Shown here: positions 11,500-22,960 of the stretch, one piece after another | Position numbering within the stretch: position 1 is the first letter of the stretch | Layout: every line of letters starts with the position of its first letter | Assembly (NCBI GenBank): GCA_963665115.1 | Contig: OY762007.1 | Coordinates: 2,496,001-2,560,000, forward strand | Length of the DNA: 64,000 nt | Direction of reading: 5' to 3' | Source: an uncultured Rivularia sp. | GTDB lineage: Bacteria > Cyanobacteriota > Cyanobacteriia > Cyanobacteriales > Nostocaceae | Translations under genes and position numbers: made by a program | The notes under the pieces: model-generated | Database searches by the model: none | Seen by the model: only the letters and a program-made list of their open reading frames with translations | What the model was told of the DNA's origin: nothing

Positions 11500-11730
11500 T
11501 TATTCCAGTGTTTGTCTGCGCGATGGTGACATTATCTTCAGCCCCCTGACAATTTCTTCGGGGGTTGCCGTTCCATTTGCGACTTTTGGCATGATATTCA
11601 TAAGCTCTAAAGCTAAATCTGTTTTGATTCCCGAAGCTTCTAGACGCTTTAGTTCCAAAATATCAATACCTACTTCTAATCCTTCTAAATACTCTTCTAC
11701 GGTAACTCCAAAGTCCTGAATCTCTGGCAT
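11500..11730 (-). CDS. Small hypothetical protein (76 aa)
   Basis: ATG start with upstream AAGGA; protein-like composition. Confidence 0.65.
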   Translation of the reverse strand: MPEIQDFGVTVEEYLEGLEVGIDILELKRLEASGIKTDLALELMNIMPKVANGTATPEEIVRGLKIMSPSRRQTLE

Positions 11731-12180
11731 AGATACAATTCCTTAATTTCTAATCTCTAATTTCTAAATCTATTTCTACGTTTATTTTCCCGCAATAATG
11801 GGATATCAAAGCTATTTACTTTGATATCGTTAATTTAATTATTGTTAACTTAGAATGCATTAAACACTCAGTTTTAAGAGGTAATAATATTTTTATATTC
11901 GTTTCAGCAGCATAAATTCTGGTGAATAGAATTCGCTCCTACACCGCTCATTATCCACCTCCGTGGACTAATAAATTAAACCCGTGTTAGCAAAGCGTGT
12001 CTGTTAGGACATAAACAAACGGGTTTTGCTTGTGTAGTAAAGCCACTGCGTTGCGCGGGAGCAAGCGCGTTGTAGCAAGTGGCGTGCGGTTTCAACCGCC
12101 AGATATTTTTCAAACATCCTCTTGAGAGGACTAAAGAAAAAAAGTGAGATGTTAACTGCTAACTGTTCGCTGTTCGCTGA

Positions 12181-13319
12181 TTAAATCAACCAACCTTTCA
12201 AACGCTTAGCAATATGGGGGGACGGCGCAATTTACGCATTGCTTTACTTTGAATTTGTCTTACTCTTTCGCGGGAAAGGTTGAACATATTGCCAACTTCT
12301 TCTAAGGTGCAAGGTTCGCTACTTGCTAAACCGTAACGCAAGGAAATCACGTCTTTTTCCCGTGGAGTTAGTACGTCTCCTAATACTTCCCAAATCTCCT
12401 GACGCATCATGGTTTCGTTCATTCTTGCTTCTGGAGATTGGTTGTCTTCGTCTTCCAACAAATCCATCAACTCGGTATCTTCTTCTTTACCGACACGGTG
12501 GTTTAAGGAAAGCGCTTGACGACGCAATTGTTGTAATTGACGCAATTGATTGGCTGGTATATCTAATACTTCTGCCAATTCTTCTTCGCTAGGATTCCTG
12601 GATAATTTTTGCTTTAATTCTCTCTGTGCTTTCTTGAGTTTATTAAGCTTTTCTACAATATGTATTGGTAAACGAATTGTGCGAGCATCATTGGCGATCG
12701 CCCTTGTAATTGCTTGACGAATCCACCAGTAAGCGTAGGTTGAAAATTTGTATCCTTTATCGGGATCGAATTTTTCAGTAGCTCGATTTAAACCCATTGC
12801 CCCTTCTTGAATCAAATCTAGAAAGGGAACTCCACGATTAAGATACCGTTTGGCGATGGAAACCACAAGACGCAAGTTAGAACGAATCATTTTGCGCTTG
12901 GCGACTTTACCCTGGTACAAGCGATGCTCTAAATGCTTTTGAGTAACCCCCATTTCTTGGGCTATTGCCGCTTTATCGGGGGAATATCCTAATTTTTCTT
13001 GGGCTGATGCTTGTGCTTGTCTGACTTCTTCGAGGATGCGTACTCTTTTAGCTAACTCTACCTCTTCATCGGGCTTGAGCAGTGGATAACGCGCCATTTC
13101 TTTGAAAAACGCCCCTACAGCATCATCGTACTCAGTTTTGTTATATCCTGTAGGTCGCGCGGCTGCTAAATCATCACCACTGTTTGATTCATGTTCAATA
13201 TTTTGAGCAATTAAAGCTTCGTCGTCTGTCACTACTTCTAAAACGTTAATTGCTTCAGATTGATTCTTATCAGCAACTTTCTGCATACTTTCCATCTTTC
13301 CCAATTGTGCAATACTCAT
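12181..13319 (-). CDS. sigC: Group 2 RNA polymerase sigma factor SigC; apparent frameshift in G6 run at 12216-12221
   Basis: NLRLVVSIAKRY, DLIQEG, KFSTYAYWWIRQ, SRERVRQI; removing 2 nt restores the C-terminus RRPHIAKRLKGWLI*. Confidence 0.88.
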
Positions 13320-14172
13320 AGTTTTTTTAATGGGGGATTGTTGCCTGCGGACCGTAAATAGCGAAAGTGACAGCTACCGCATTGACATCTAAAGCTGAAA
13401 TTTTTCATGCTTTATCTGCCTTTCACTCGATTTAAAAACATACTTGGTGGCTTTATAGCTTAACTTTTACTTTTAAAGTAAAGCTTGATAATTTAATAAA
13501 GCTATATCCCACTCATATGACGTAGTTATGCTTTTCACCTGCAAATATAAACTTAATTAACTGTTGTAAATATATACTTCACTTTTCTTCTCTAACAGAA
13601 ATTTCTTCTTTCCACCTCCCAATTTTTTTATTTACTCAATAAATATAAAAAAATAATCTATTACCGCCCTTATGTTCAGTTTTACTATGTTTATCTTAAT
13701 ACTTTTAGGCTTTTATGTTGAATAACTGTCTAAGCGAATGCTATATGCTTTATGCTTTATTGAGTCAATACGTGACTTTAGACAATCTTGCTCAATTTAT
13801 CTAAAATATTGCAAGCGAAACTCTAGGAATTTATTTCCTATGTAAAAGCATCTCATATACCGTCAAAGCTGAATATCTATCAATAGAGAGATTAGCCCTA
13901 TTCCTTAATTGGTAAAGGGGGGCAAGAATTAAGGTAAAGAACTGAGATTATTTGAGTTCAGATGTCTGGTATCAAAAAGTCATTAGCTATATGGTTTATG
14001 TAAGGTTTGTTTATGAGATTACATCTAACGGAAATTTATCAAGTATTATGTCAATTGAAAGTATTCCGAAATACATTTTAACTTATCCATAGGAGATTCT
14101 TAATAGTTGAATAAGTTAATTCAATTTTGTTAAACGGATATTGGTAATTATCGTTCGGTAAAATAAAAAATT

Positions 14173-16787
14173 ATGTATACAAACAACGCAGCTTTACCAA
14201 CTGCGATTGCGGCTGCAAATCAAGGCGAATATACTCTGCGAATTCCCTCTTGCCAATGGGTTGAAGTGTTGGTGGACTGTCCGGGAATGACGGGATTCTT
14301 AACTTACGGATTACCTGCTGGGTTAGAAGTAAAACCAGGAGATATTTTGAGCGTGCCATTAAACAGGCAAACTGTTGGTGGAATAGCGATTCGTAAATTA
14401 ACAAAGCCTCCCCAAGATATACCAATAGAAAAAATTCGGAATATAGAAGATGTAGTTAGCACCGGATTTTTCCCAGATTTTTACTGGGAATTATTAAATC
14501 GAGTTGCAGCATATTATTATACGCCTTTAATTCAAGTAATTCGCGTTGCTTTACCTCCGGGTTTATTAGGAAAATCTCAACGTCGCGTTAAACTTGTTTC
14601 TCATCAAATTTCTCATAAAAATAGTTCCATTTCTTCGCCTGTTTCATTTTCCCTTTCCCCCGCAGCCAGAAAAATTCTTGATTTACTTGAAGCTCAACAA
14701 GAAGGAAATTACAGTTTTGTTTATTTAAGTCGGCAAGTTCGCGGTGCTTATCGTGCGGTAAGAGAATTACGAAGATTTGGTTTAATAGAGACTTATTTAG
14801 AAGCACCTCGTTTAACAAAACCAAAATTGCAAAAAGCGGTAACATTAATCGCAAGTAATTTTGCAGCAGATTTAACCACCCGTCAAACAGAAATTTTAGA
14901 AGTACTTCGGCGACGCGGTGGCGAAATGTGGCTAACCGAATTATTACAAACCTGTAGTGCCGGTTACTCGACTATAAAAACCATAGAAAAGAAAGGTTAT
15001 GTTGCCGTAGAAGAAAAAGAAGTTTTGCGAACCGAACTTGGCGAAAATGCAGATCAAACATTCGCCGGCGGGCAAGCAAAAAACCTTACATCAGCCCAAC
15101 AAATAGCTTTAGAAACGATAAATAATATTAATAGATATGCATCGATTCTATTACATGGAGTAACAGGTTCCGGAAAAACAGAAGTATATTTGCAAGCAAT
15201 TGCACCTTTATTAACAGCAGGTAAATCGGCATTGGTATTAGTTCCCGAAATCGGACTAACACCGCAACTAACCGATCGCTTTCGTGCTAGATTCGGCAGC
15301 AAAGTCAGTGTATACCATAGCGCTTTATCCCCTGGCGAACGTTTCGACACTTGGCGACAAATGCTAACAGGAGAACCTCAAGTAGTCATCGGCACCCGCA
15401 GCGCCATTTTTGCACCGTTACCCAATCTCGGCTTGATCATCCTAGATGAAGAACACGATTCCTCATTCAAACAAGATTCCCCCATACCCACCTACCATGC
15501 TCGTAAAGTTGCAGTTTGGCGAGCAGAATTAGAAAATTGTCCTTTAATATTGGGTTCGGCAACTCCCTCTTTGGAGACTTGGGTAGCTGCGGGGAGAGGG
15601 GGAGAGGGGGTAGAGGGGGTAGAGGGGGTAGAGGGGGTAGAGGGGGAAGAATTATTACTCAATCCCCCATGCCCAATCCCCCATGCCCAATCCCCATCTT
15701 CGTACTACCTTTCACTTCCAGAGCGTGTCAATTCTCGCCCATTGCCTCCGGTGGAAATTGTAGATATGCGGGAAGAATTGCACCGGGGAAATCGTTCTAT
15801 ATTTAGCAATCCTCTACAACAAGGTTTACGAGAGCTTATTGAAACCGGGCAGCAAGGAATATTATTTATTCATCGTCGGGGGGACACAGTACTTTTGTTT
15901 CTTGTCGTAGCTGCGGATATGTAATGGAATGTCCCCATTGTGATGTGTCGCTATCCTATCATCAGCCTAAAGCCGGAGCGCCGCAGGTTTTACGCTGTCA
16001 TTATTGCAATTACGCAACTCCCCATCCTAAAAATTGTCCCGATTGCTGTTCCCCTTATTTAAAATTCTTCGGTAGCGGTACCCAAAAGGTAGCGCAAGAG
16101 TTAGAAAAACAGTTTCCTGAATTAAAATTTATCCGTTTCGACAGCGACACCACCCGCAACAAAGGAGCGCATCGCACATTATTAACCAGATTTGCTAAAG
16201 GTGAAGCGCATTTATTAATCGGAACCCAAATGCTCACTAAAGGCTTAGATTTACCCCAAGTAACTTTAGTCGGAGTAGTTAGCGCCGATGGATTACTGCA
16301 TTTATCAGATTACCGTGCCAGCGAACGCGCTTTCCAGACTTTAACCCAAGTTGCCGGACGTGCGGGTAGAGGTGAAGACCCCGGAAGAGTTATAATCCAG
16401 ACTTACACTACAGAACATTCAGTAATCGAAGCAGTACAGCAACACGATTATCAAACTTTTATTCAAGACGAATTAGAACAGCGAGAAGCTTTAAATTATC
16501 CACCCTACGGTAGATTGATTTTATTGCGGTTAAGCAGTTTCGATTCCATTCAAGTAGAAAACACCGCCACAGAAATCGCCGAAAAACTTCTTCAGCGATC
16601 GCACATCGATATATTAGGGCCAGCACCAGCAAGTATATTGAGAGTAGCAAACCGTTATCGCTGGCAAATCCTATTAAAATTTGCTCCCGAAGACTTACCG
16701 GAATTACCAGACTGGGAAGAAATACGTCAGATGTGCCCGAATTCCGTTATTTTAACAATTGACATCGATCCCCTGAATATTATGTGA
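14173..16787 (+). CDS. priA: Primosomal protein N' (PriA); frameshift in G6 run at 15878-15883
   Basis: GVTGSGKT, DEEH, GSATP, Zn-finger CxxC motifs, QVAGRAGR; correction restores HRRGHSTFVSCRSC. Confidence 0.93.
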
Positions 16788-16860
16788 TGGGGATTGGGGA
16801 TTGGGGATTGGGAATTGGGAATTGGGGAAAATTTTAACCTTTAACCTTTAACCTTTAACC

Positions 16861-18864
16861 TTAGTTACTGCTCACTGTTAATTCCGCGACTCTCTGAGCT
16901 AAATGATCTGCCTGAATTGGCTTGGCAAGATGTAGGTTAAAACCAGCTTGTAAAGATTCTTTTTGATTTGTTTCTCCTGCATAAGCGGTTAGTGCGATCG
17001 CAGGTATTTTTGCGCCTTTTTTGGGGGGTAGCGCTCGAATTTGACGCATTAATGTATGTCCGTTTACTTCCGGCATGGCGATATCACTGATCAGCAAATC
17101 TGGTTTATCTTGTAAAAATAATTTAAATGCTTCCGGGGCAGATGTGGCTGTTTCTACTGAAGCTCCGTAGGTTTCAAGGACAAATTTTAAAAATTCTAAG
17201 TTGTCTGGCTCGTCGTCTACTATAAGAATCTTTATACCGTTAAAATCTAAATCTAAATCTGCTTTATCTTTATTATTAGTTTCGCTATAAGTTTCTACAT
17301 GGGATGTTAAAGGTATCTCTACGGTAAATATCGTACCTTTGCCAATACCCGGACTTTCTACTTGAATGTTACCACCGTGAAGTTCTACTAAATGTCTGAC
17401 TATGGCTAACCCTAATCCCAATCCTCCAGTATTTCTAGTACTGGAACTGTTTTCCTGACGAAAGTAATCAAATACATAAGGTAAGAAATGAGAATTGATT
17501 CCTTTCCCCGTATCCGCAATTGTAATTTTGGCTTGAGAATTATTGCAGGTTAATTCTACATTTACTTTTCCTTTTGAAGGAGTAAATTTCACTGCATTGG
17601 AAAGTAAATTCCAAAAAATTTGCTGTAAGCGGTTAGCGTCTCCTTCAACAAATGCAGTTTCTGAAGAAAATTTGGTAATGATTTCAACAGATTTTGCATG
17701 AGCGGCTAAATGCACGGTTTCAATTGCAGCTTTGATGATATTTATCAAGTCAATGCTAACTGGATTTAGCTGTAATTTACCGCGCAATATCCGCGAAACG
17801 TCAAGCAAATCTTTGATCATTTCTGCTTGCAAGGAAGCATTTCGCTCAATTGTTTCTAATGCTCGATCGATTTTTTGAGGTGGAATTCTATTAGAGCGTA
17901 AAAGTTGAGTCCATCCTAAAATTGGGTTAAGTGGGGTTCGCAATTCGTGGGAAAGTACCGCTAAAAATTCATCTTTTACCCGGTTTGCTGCTTCGGCTTT
18001 TGCTAGTAATCTAATTCTCTCTAATTCGGCTTGTCTACGTTCGGTGATATCTCTTAAAGTAACTAAATTAGCAGTTTCCCCCTGCCAGTTTACTTTTACC
18101 ACGCGCATTTGTGCGATTAATTCTCTTCCCGTACCCGTGGAAATATCTACCTCGCTATTATCTTCACCAGCGACGGGAAAGCCAAATAATTCTCCTAAAA
18201 GTTCTTCTTCTTGACGATTAAATAGTTTCAAAGCTGCGGGATTGATAAACTTGACTATTCCTTTTTTATCTACCACCACTATCCCATCTGGATTTTTGGT
18301 AATTAGCATCCGCAACTGCTTTTCGCTCTTTTTGAGCGCAGCTTCTACTTTTTCTCTACGAATACTTTCTGTAAGTCTATGCTGACGTTGCTTTTTTAGT
18401 TCTGTTGCTTGAAAGAATAAACGCTGCTGTAAGTCAGTCAAATAAGTACTACATTCTACTTCGTTTGACTCACAACGTGGCGATCTAATTATATTAAGCG
18501 TTTGTTGTACTACCGATGCAAGTCGTGGTGATTGATTTTTACTTATATAGTCGGTTGCTCCTGCTTTGATACAGGTTACTGCATCGCGTGCGCTATCAAC
18601 ACCATTAATAACTATAAATGGAAGGCTTAATTGCTTTTCTTTTAATAATTCTTGAGCTATCAAAACATCCAACTTTGAATGCTGATAATCTGCTACGATA
18701 ATTTCTACGCTTGAATCTAAATAAGCTAAATAATCTTGTTCATTTTCTACTTGCTTTGCCACCGGATTAAAGTCGGCTTCGCGTAATAATGATAATATTT
18801 TTTCGCTTTCTTGGGCAGAATCACACAGCAATAATAAGTTTATTGGAACTGCCATAAATACCAT
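16861..18864 (-). CDS. Hybrid sensor histidine kinase (REC-PAS-HisKA-HATPase-REC)
   Basis: SHELRTPL, NLLSNAVKFT, DTGKG, GGLGLGL; C-terminal receiver VDD..ISDIAMP..KP. Confidence 0.93.
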   Translation of the reverse strand: MVFMAVPINLLLLCDSAQESEKILSLLREADFNPVAKQVENEQDYLAYLDSSVEIIVADYQHSKLDVLIAQELLKEKQLSLPFIVINGVDSARDAVTCIKAGATDYISKNQSPRLASVVQQTLNIIRSPRCESNEVECSTYLTDLQQRLFFQATELKKQRQHRLTESIRREKVEAALKKSEKQLRMLITKNPDGIVVVDKKGIVKFINPAALKLFNRQEEELLGELFGFPVAGEDNSEVDISTGTGRELIAQMRVVKVNWQGETANLVTLRDITERRQAELERIRLLAKAEAANRVKDEFLAVLSHELRTPLNPILGWTQLLRSNRIPPQKIDRALETIERNASLQAEMIKDLLDVSRILRGKLQLNPVSIDLINIIKAAIETVHLAAHAKSVEIITKFSSETAFVEGDANRLQQIFWNLLSNAVKFTPSKGKVNVELTCNNSQAKITIADTGKGINSHFLPYVFDYFRQENSSSTRNTGGLGLGLAIVRHLVELHGGNIQVESPGIGKGTIFTVEIPLTSHVETYSETNNKDKADLDLDFNGIKILIVDDEPDNLEFLKFVLETYGASVETATSAPEAFKLFLQDKPDLLISDIAMPEVNGHTLMRQIRALPPKKGAKIPAIALTAYAGETNQKESLQAGFNLHLAKPIQADHLAQRVAELTVSSN

Positions 18865-19078
18865 TTAATCACTTAATAGCTTATATTTTTGAGTTTATAT
18901 TTTTGGCAAAAACTAACTTACTGTAATCTAGAACGCATATTTTTCCTTTACCAAATTAAATAATAACTATACAAAGTATCTCTATACCCGTTTATTTCTA
19001 TCACGATATTTATTTAATCTTTGTCTACCCTAAGAATTATTTATTCATTATTTTATATAACCATAGAGCTAATTACTC

Positions 19079-20597
19079 TTACGATTCTTCTTGAAATAAT
19101 TCGCTCAGACGGTTAACTTCATCTTGATCTACATACATTGGATTACCAGACAAAATTCCCGTAACGTTGCGGAAACTTCTACCAATATGCATCCCTCGAT
19201 CGTCTATTGTAAATTCGCGAATTTGCTTGTCATGCATCGAACCCCGCATTTTGATTACCGCTAACCCTCTTCTAACTTCACCGTAAACTTCAACATATCG
19301 CAGTAAAATAATCGTATCGGTACTTGTAGAAATGTGGGATTCCGTTACCGAATTACCACCTAATAAAGTCGGAGCAGTGGCAGTGTAAAGCCCAGTCATT
19401 CCTTGTCCCTCTAACTGTCGCATTCAAACTGGCAATAAATTCTCGAAACCCATCGAGCGTGGCTACTTTTTCCAAAGCCGTCAAACTGTCTATTACTACA
19501 CGATGGGGTTTAAATTCTCTTATCGCTTCCTGCATTTTTATTAGATGATTTTCTAATCTAGTTGATTCCGGATAGCGAAAAATAATTTTTAATAATCCTT
19601 TTTCCTCGGCTTCTTGGAAGTTTGTTCCCCAGCCCCACGCATTTCTCATCAACTGATGGCGATTTTCTTCAAACGCAAAATAAATGCAGCGGTCGTCATT
19701 TTTGATTCCAGCAGCGATAAACTGAGTACAAAGTAAAGTTTTACCCGTACCAGTAGCACCACTAGCTAAAACAATTGAATCGCGATAAAAACCACCACCG
19801 CACATTTTATCGAGTTGATCGTTACCGCAAGAAATGCGGATAATAGATGAATCCTTATCCTCCGGAGCCATCGCCGAAAGAGGAATAGCCACAAACCCTG
19901 TATCGGTAATAATCGTAAATGGGAACTCCCCTTGTTGATGGGAACTACCGCGATATTTAAGAATTTCTAAAGTCCGACGACGCTTTTCTTCAATCAACAC
20001 GTTTCGTAGAATAATCACGTTGTCTGCGACATACTCTTCTACACCGTGAGTGCTGATTGGGCCGTATTCCTCATTGCGTTCTGATGTTAAAATTGCCGTA
20101 CTGTTAACATCTCGTAAAGCCGAAACAATGATAAATAAATCGTCGCGAATTTGAGCTTTATTAGGTATATAGCTAAAAATTGCTCCCAAAGAATCTATCG
20201 ATACTCTAGTAGCTTTTACTTTATCAATAGCATACTGAATTCGAGCCAGCAAAGGACTTAAATCGTAATCTCCACTAACGTAAGGATTTTTACCAGGCTC
20301 GGGAGAAGCATCAACGAAAATCCACTTACCTTCTTTTTCCCACTTTGCAATATCCCAACCAAAACCGCGCATATTTTTGCGAATATTTGGGGGAGATTCT
20401 TCAAAAGTAACGTAAACTCCCGTTTCTCCTCGTTTTATTCCTTCAATCAAAAACTGACAGGAGAATATTGTCTTACCGCTACCCGCACTACCAACTACCA
20501 AAGTAGTACGTCCAATTGGTAATCCACCTTCAGATATCAAATCGAAACCTGGAATTCCTGTTTCTAACTTTTCTAGATTTTGTCCTACTTGAGGCAT
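19079..20597 (-). CDS. kaiC: Circadian clock ATPase/kinase KaiC homologue (KaiC3-like, about 505 aa); frameshift at C3 run 19407-19409
   Basis: Two P-loops (GSAGSGKT, GATGTGKT), EE motifs, SHISTSTDTII phosphosite, KMRGSMHDK; the two ORFs join on removing one base. Confidence 0.92.
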
Positions 20598-20641
20598 TTT
20601 AAAAATATCTTGTAGATAATTATCTAATTCGTCTTTTATAG

Positions 20642-20956
20642 TTACTCGCTAAATATATCATGCTTTTTGCTGTTAATTCCCAACCCCATTAAAACGGTTT
20701 TTACATCAGATAGATCCCCGATAATTCTAACTAATGGTAAAGGTAATTCTTTAATTAAAGTTGGTGTAACAATAATTTTTTCTTTTTCGGCAATATCGGG
20801 TTGCTTTAATACATCAATAATCAAAATTTTATATTTGTTAGGAAAATGTTCTTGACATAATTCCTTAAGGTTAGAAATAGCTCGATCCGACCGAGGCGTA
20901 TCTCCTGTTACATAAAGCTTAAGCACATATTTTTTCTCTAAACTACTTTTACACAT
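20642..20956 (-). CDS. kaiB: Circadian clock protein KaiB homologue (KaiB3-like)
   Basis: YVLKLYVTG.TPRS, IDVLKQP, TPTLIKELPLP, RIIGDLSD. Confidence 0.95.
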   Translation of the reverse strand: MCKSSLEKKYVLKLYVTGDTPRSDRAISNLKELCQEHFPNKYKILIIDVLKQPDIAEKEKIIVTPTLIKELPLPLVRIIGDLSDVKTVLMGLGINSKKHDIFSE

Positions 20957-20998
20957 TATTAAACGTATTTGTTACTATTTTTTTATAATTAATTTCAT

Positions 20999-21871
20999 TT
21001 AACCAGACTCTAAATTGTTATTGTTAATCTTATCAATACTAATTTTATTCAATCCGATAAAGTATTTTCGGTAATAAGCTGTTAAATAACCCATCAACTC
21101 CAATATTATTAAACGTGCTTCTTTTGCATAACTTTGAGACTTCCGAGGATTACGATCGGTTTTCTCTTTCAGAACGGCGGTATGAATTTCAATTGTATCT
21201 CTGGGTGTAGCCTGCATAAAGCCTAATTGTCTTGCCAAAGCATTAAGTTTTTCGGAGGTATTATGCTTAACTTTGTAAGCTTTCTCTTCTAAAGCTAAAT
21301 CCATAATTTCGCTGTAATTTTGTACTAGTTCTGCAAAAATATCCGGTTTGCTTTCTCGTAAAGATTCCAATCCTGATAGATTAGCGTTTGCAGAAGTGGA
21401 TGCTGCAAAAGCCTCAAGTTGCTCAAACTCTACCTTCTGTTGTTCATTTTGCTGCTGCTTTAAAATATTTACCTGCTGCTGTCGTTCGATTGCCGAACGA
21501 ATAGCATATACTAGTAAATTAGTATCAATTTCAGTTTTGTGTAAATATCCGATTGCACCTAATTCCAAAGCTTTAATAGCAGCGGCTTCATCCAAAATGG
21601 TATAAACAATAATTGGCAATTTAGGCGCAGCCTCTAACATTCCCGCCAAAGTTTTAATTCCGCGACTATCGCTAAGCATTAAGTCTAAGAAAATAACGTC
21701 GATATCGTTAAGTGATAACAGCCCCAATCCATTCTCTAAAGATTGAGCAACAATTACCTCAAAACCTTGTTTAAACGAAGAAGACTTAGCTTTAGATAGC
21801 AATCTGCGGAAATACTCTATCTCCTCGGGTTCATCCTCAATTAAAAGAACTTGGCAACGATGATTCAGCAT
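20999..21871 (-). CDS. kaiA3: Response regulator with KaiA-like C-terminal domain (KaiA3-type)
   Basis: Canonical receiver (IED, FLDLML, T, K); C-terminus DTIEIH...ARLIILELMGYLTAYYR resembles the KaiA C-terminal helices; directly upstream of kaiB-kaiC. Confidence 0.8.
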   Translation of the reverse strand: MLNHRCQVLLIEDEPEEIEYFRRLLSKAKSSSFKQGFEVIVAQSLENGLGLLSLNDIDVIFLDLMLSDSRGIKTLAGMLEAAPKLPIIVYTILDEAAAIKALELGAIGYLHKTEIDTNLLVYAIRSAIERQQQVNILKQQQNEQQKVEFEQLEAFAASTSANANLSGLESLRESKPDIFAELVQNYSEIMDLALEEKAYKVKHNTSEKLNALARQLGFMQATPRDTIEIHTAVLKEKTDRNPRKSQSYAKEARLIILELMGYLTAYYRKYFIGLNKISIDKINNNNLESG

Positions 21872-22322
21872 AAGCTATTATTAGTTATCAGTAACTTGTT
21901 ACAGTAACTATTTATCAGTTATCAGTGACTAGTGTGCGGCTATGAGATCGTGGCGATTAATAAAAGTTATTGACCATTTGCTTCAATTTAAAAAGTTATA
22001 AATCGGACACATCTAATATCCTTATAAGTCTACAGGATGGCGTAATAACTATAAGAAAATTTCTTATTCTATACTGTCATTCATATATCACCTTCTATCA
22101 ACTTTAGATGTTTATGAAATCTATAAACACATCCAAAGTATGAGTTAGAGGGTGATTTATTGATTGCAATACTTACCTACAACCACCGAAAGGTATATTT
22201 CTTAAATAGAGAGTTAGTAATTAGAAGTTAGGAGTTAAAAGTTAGGAGTTAGGAGTTAGGAGTAAATGACTTTTACCATATTATTGTTGTAGAAATGTAC
22301 GGTTGAACATTTTCTACTAATA

Positions 22323-22905
22323 CTTCACCACATAAGTTATGAGGGTTAAAGGTAGTGCGAGCGTCTCGCTCGTTGTTACCAGGGAGCGAGACGCTCCCAC
22401 TCCTCGAACCCCGCAAAATTATCGTGGTTGGGTACTAGTACTCAACCACATTAATTTTGCGGGGTAATAAAAATGTAGTGGGAGCGTCTCGCTCCCTCGT
22501 GACAATCAGCGAGCTTTCCGGCTCGCACTCCCGGAACCCAGCAGAATTATTGTGGGCAAGTACTAGTAGTCGATTGCATAAATTATGAAGGGTTCGTTTT
22601 TCCCGTAACCTTCGGGAGACGTTATGTATAATGTCTCTACAACCCATCGGAACTAATGAAAAGGACTACTAGTAGTTGATTGCATAAATTCTGATGGGTA
22701 CGTTTTCGACCTAACGTCGGGAGACGTAGCACTGCTACGTCTCTACAACCCATTAAAACAAATGAAAAGGACTACTAGTACTCCACCACATAAGTTTTGC
22801 GGGGTAATCAAAATGTAGTGGGAGCGTCTCGCTCCCTCGTGACAATCAGTGAGCTTTCCGGCTCGCACTCCCGAAACCCCGCAGAATTATCGTGGTTAAC
22901 TACTA
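22323..22905. repeat. Composite repeat cluster: three ~125-bp IR-bounded REP elements plus two ~115-bp units with GAGACG..GTCTCTAC palindromes
   Basis: Visible copies matching 6475-6730, 29385-29665 and 40960-41110. Confidence 0.85.
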
Positions 22906-22960
22906 GCAACTCGATACTCATTACTCATTACTCATTACTTATTACTCTTTACTCACTACT

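Noticed and set aside
15924..16787. Separate gene or split PriA; likewise 19079-19423, 22961-23173, 44132-45028 and 48752-49777
   Set aside because: C-terminal halves of frameshifted genes that rejoin on homopolymer correction
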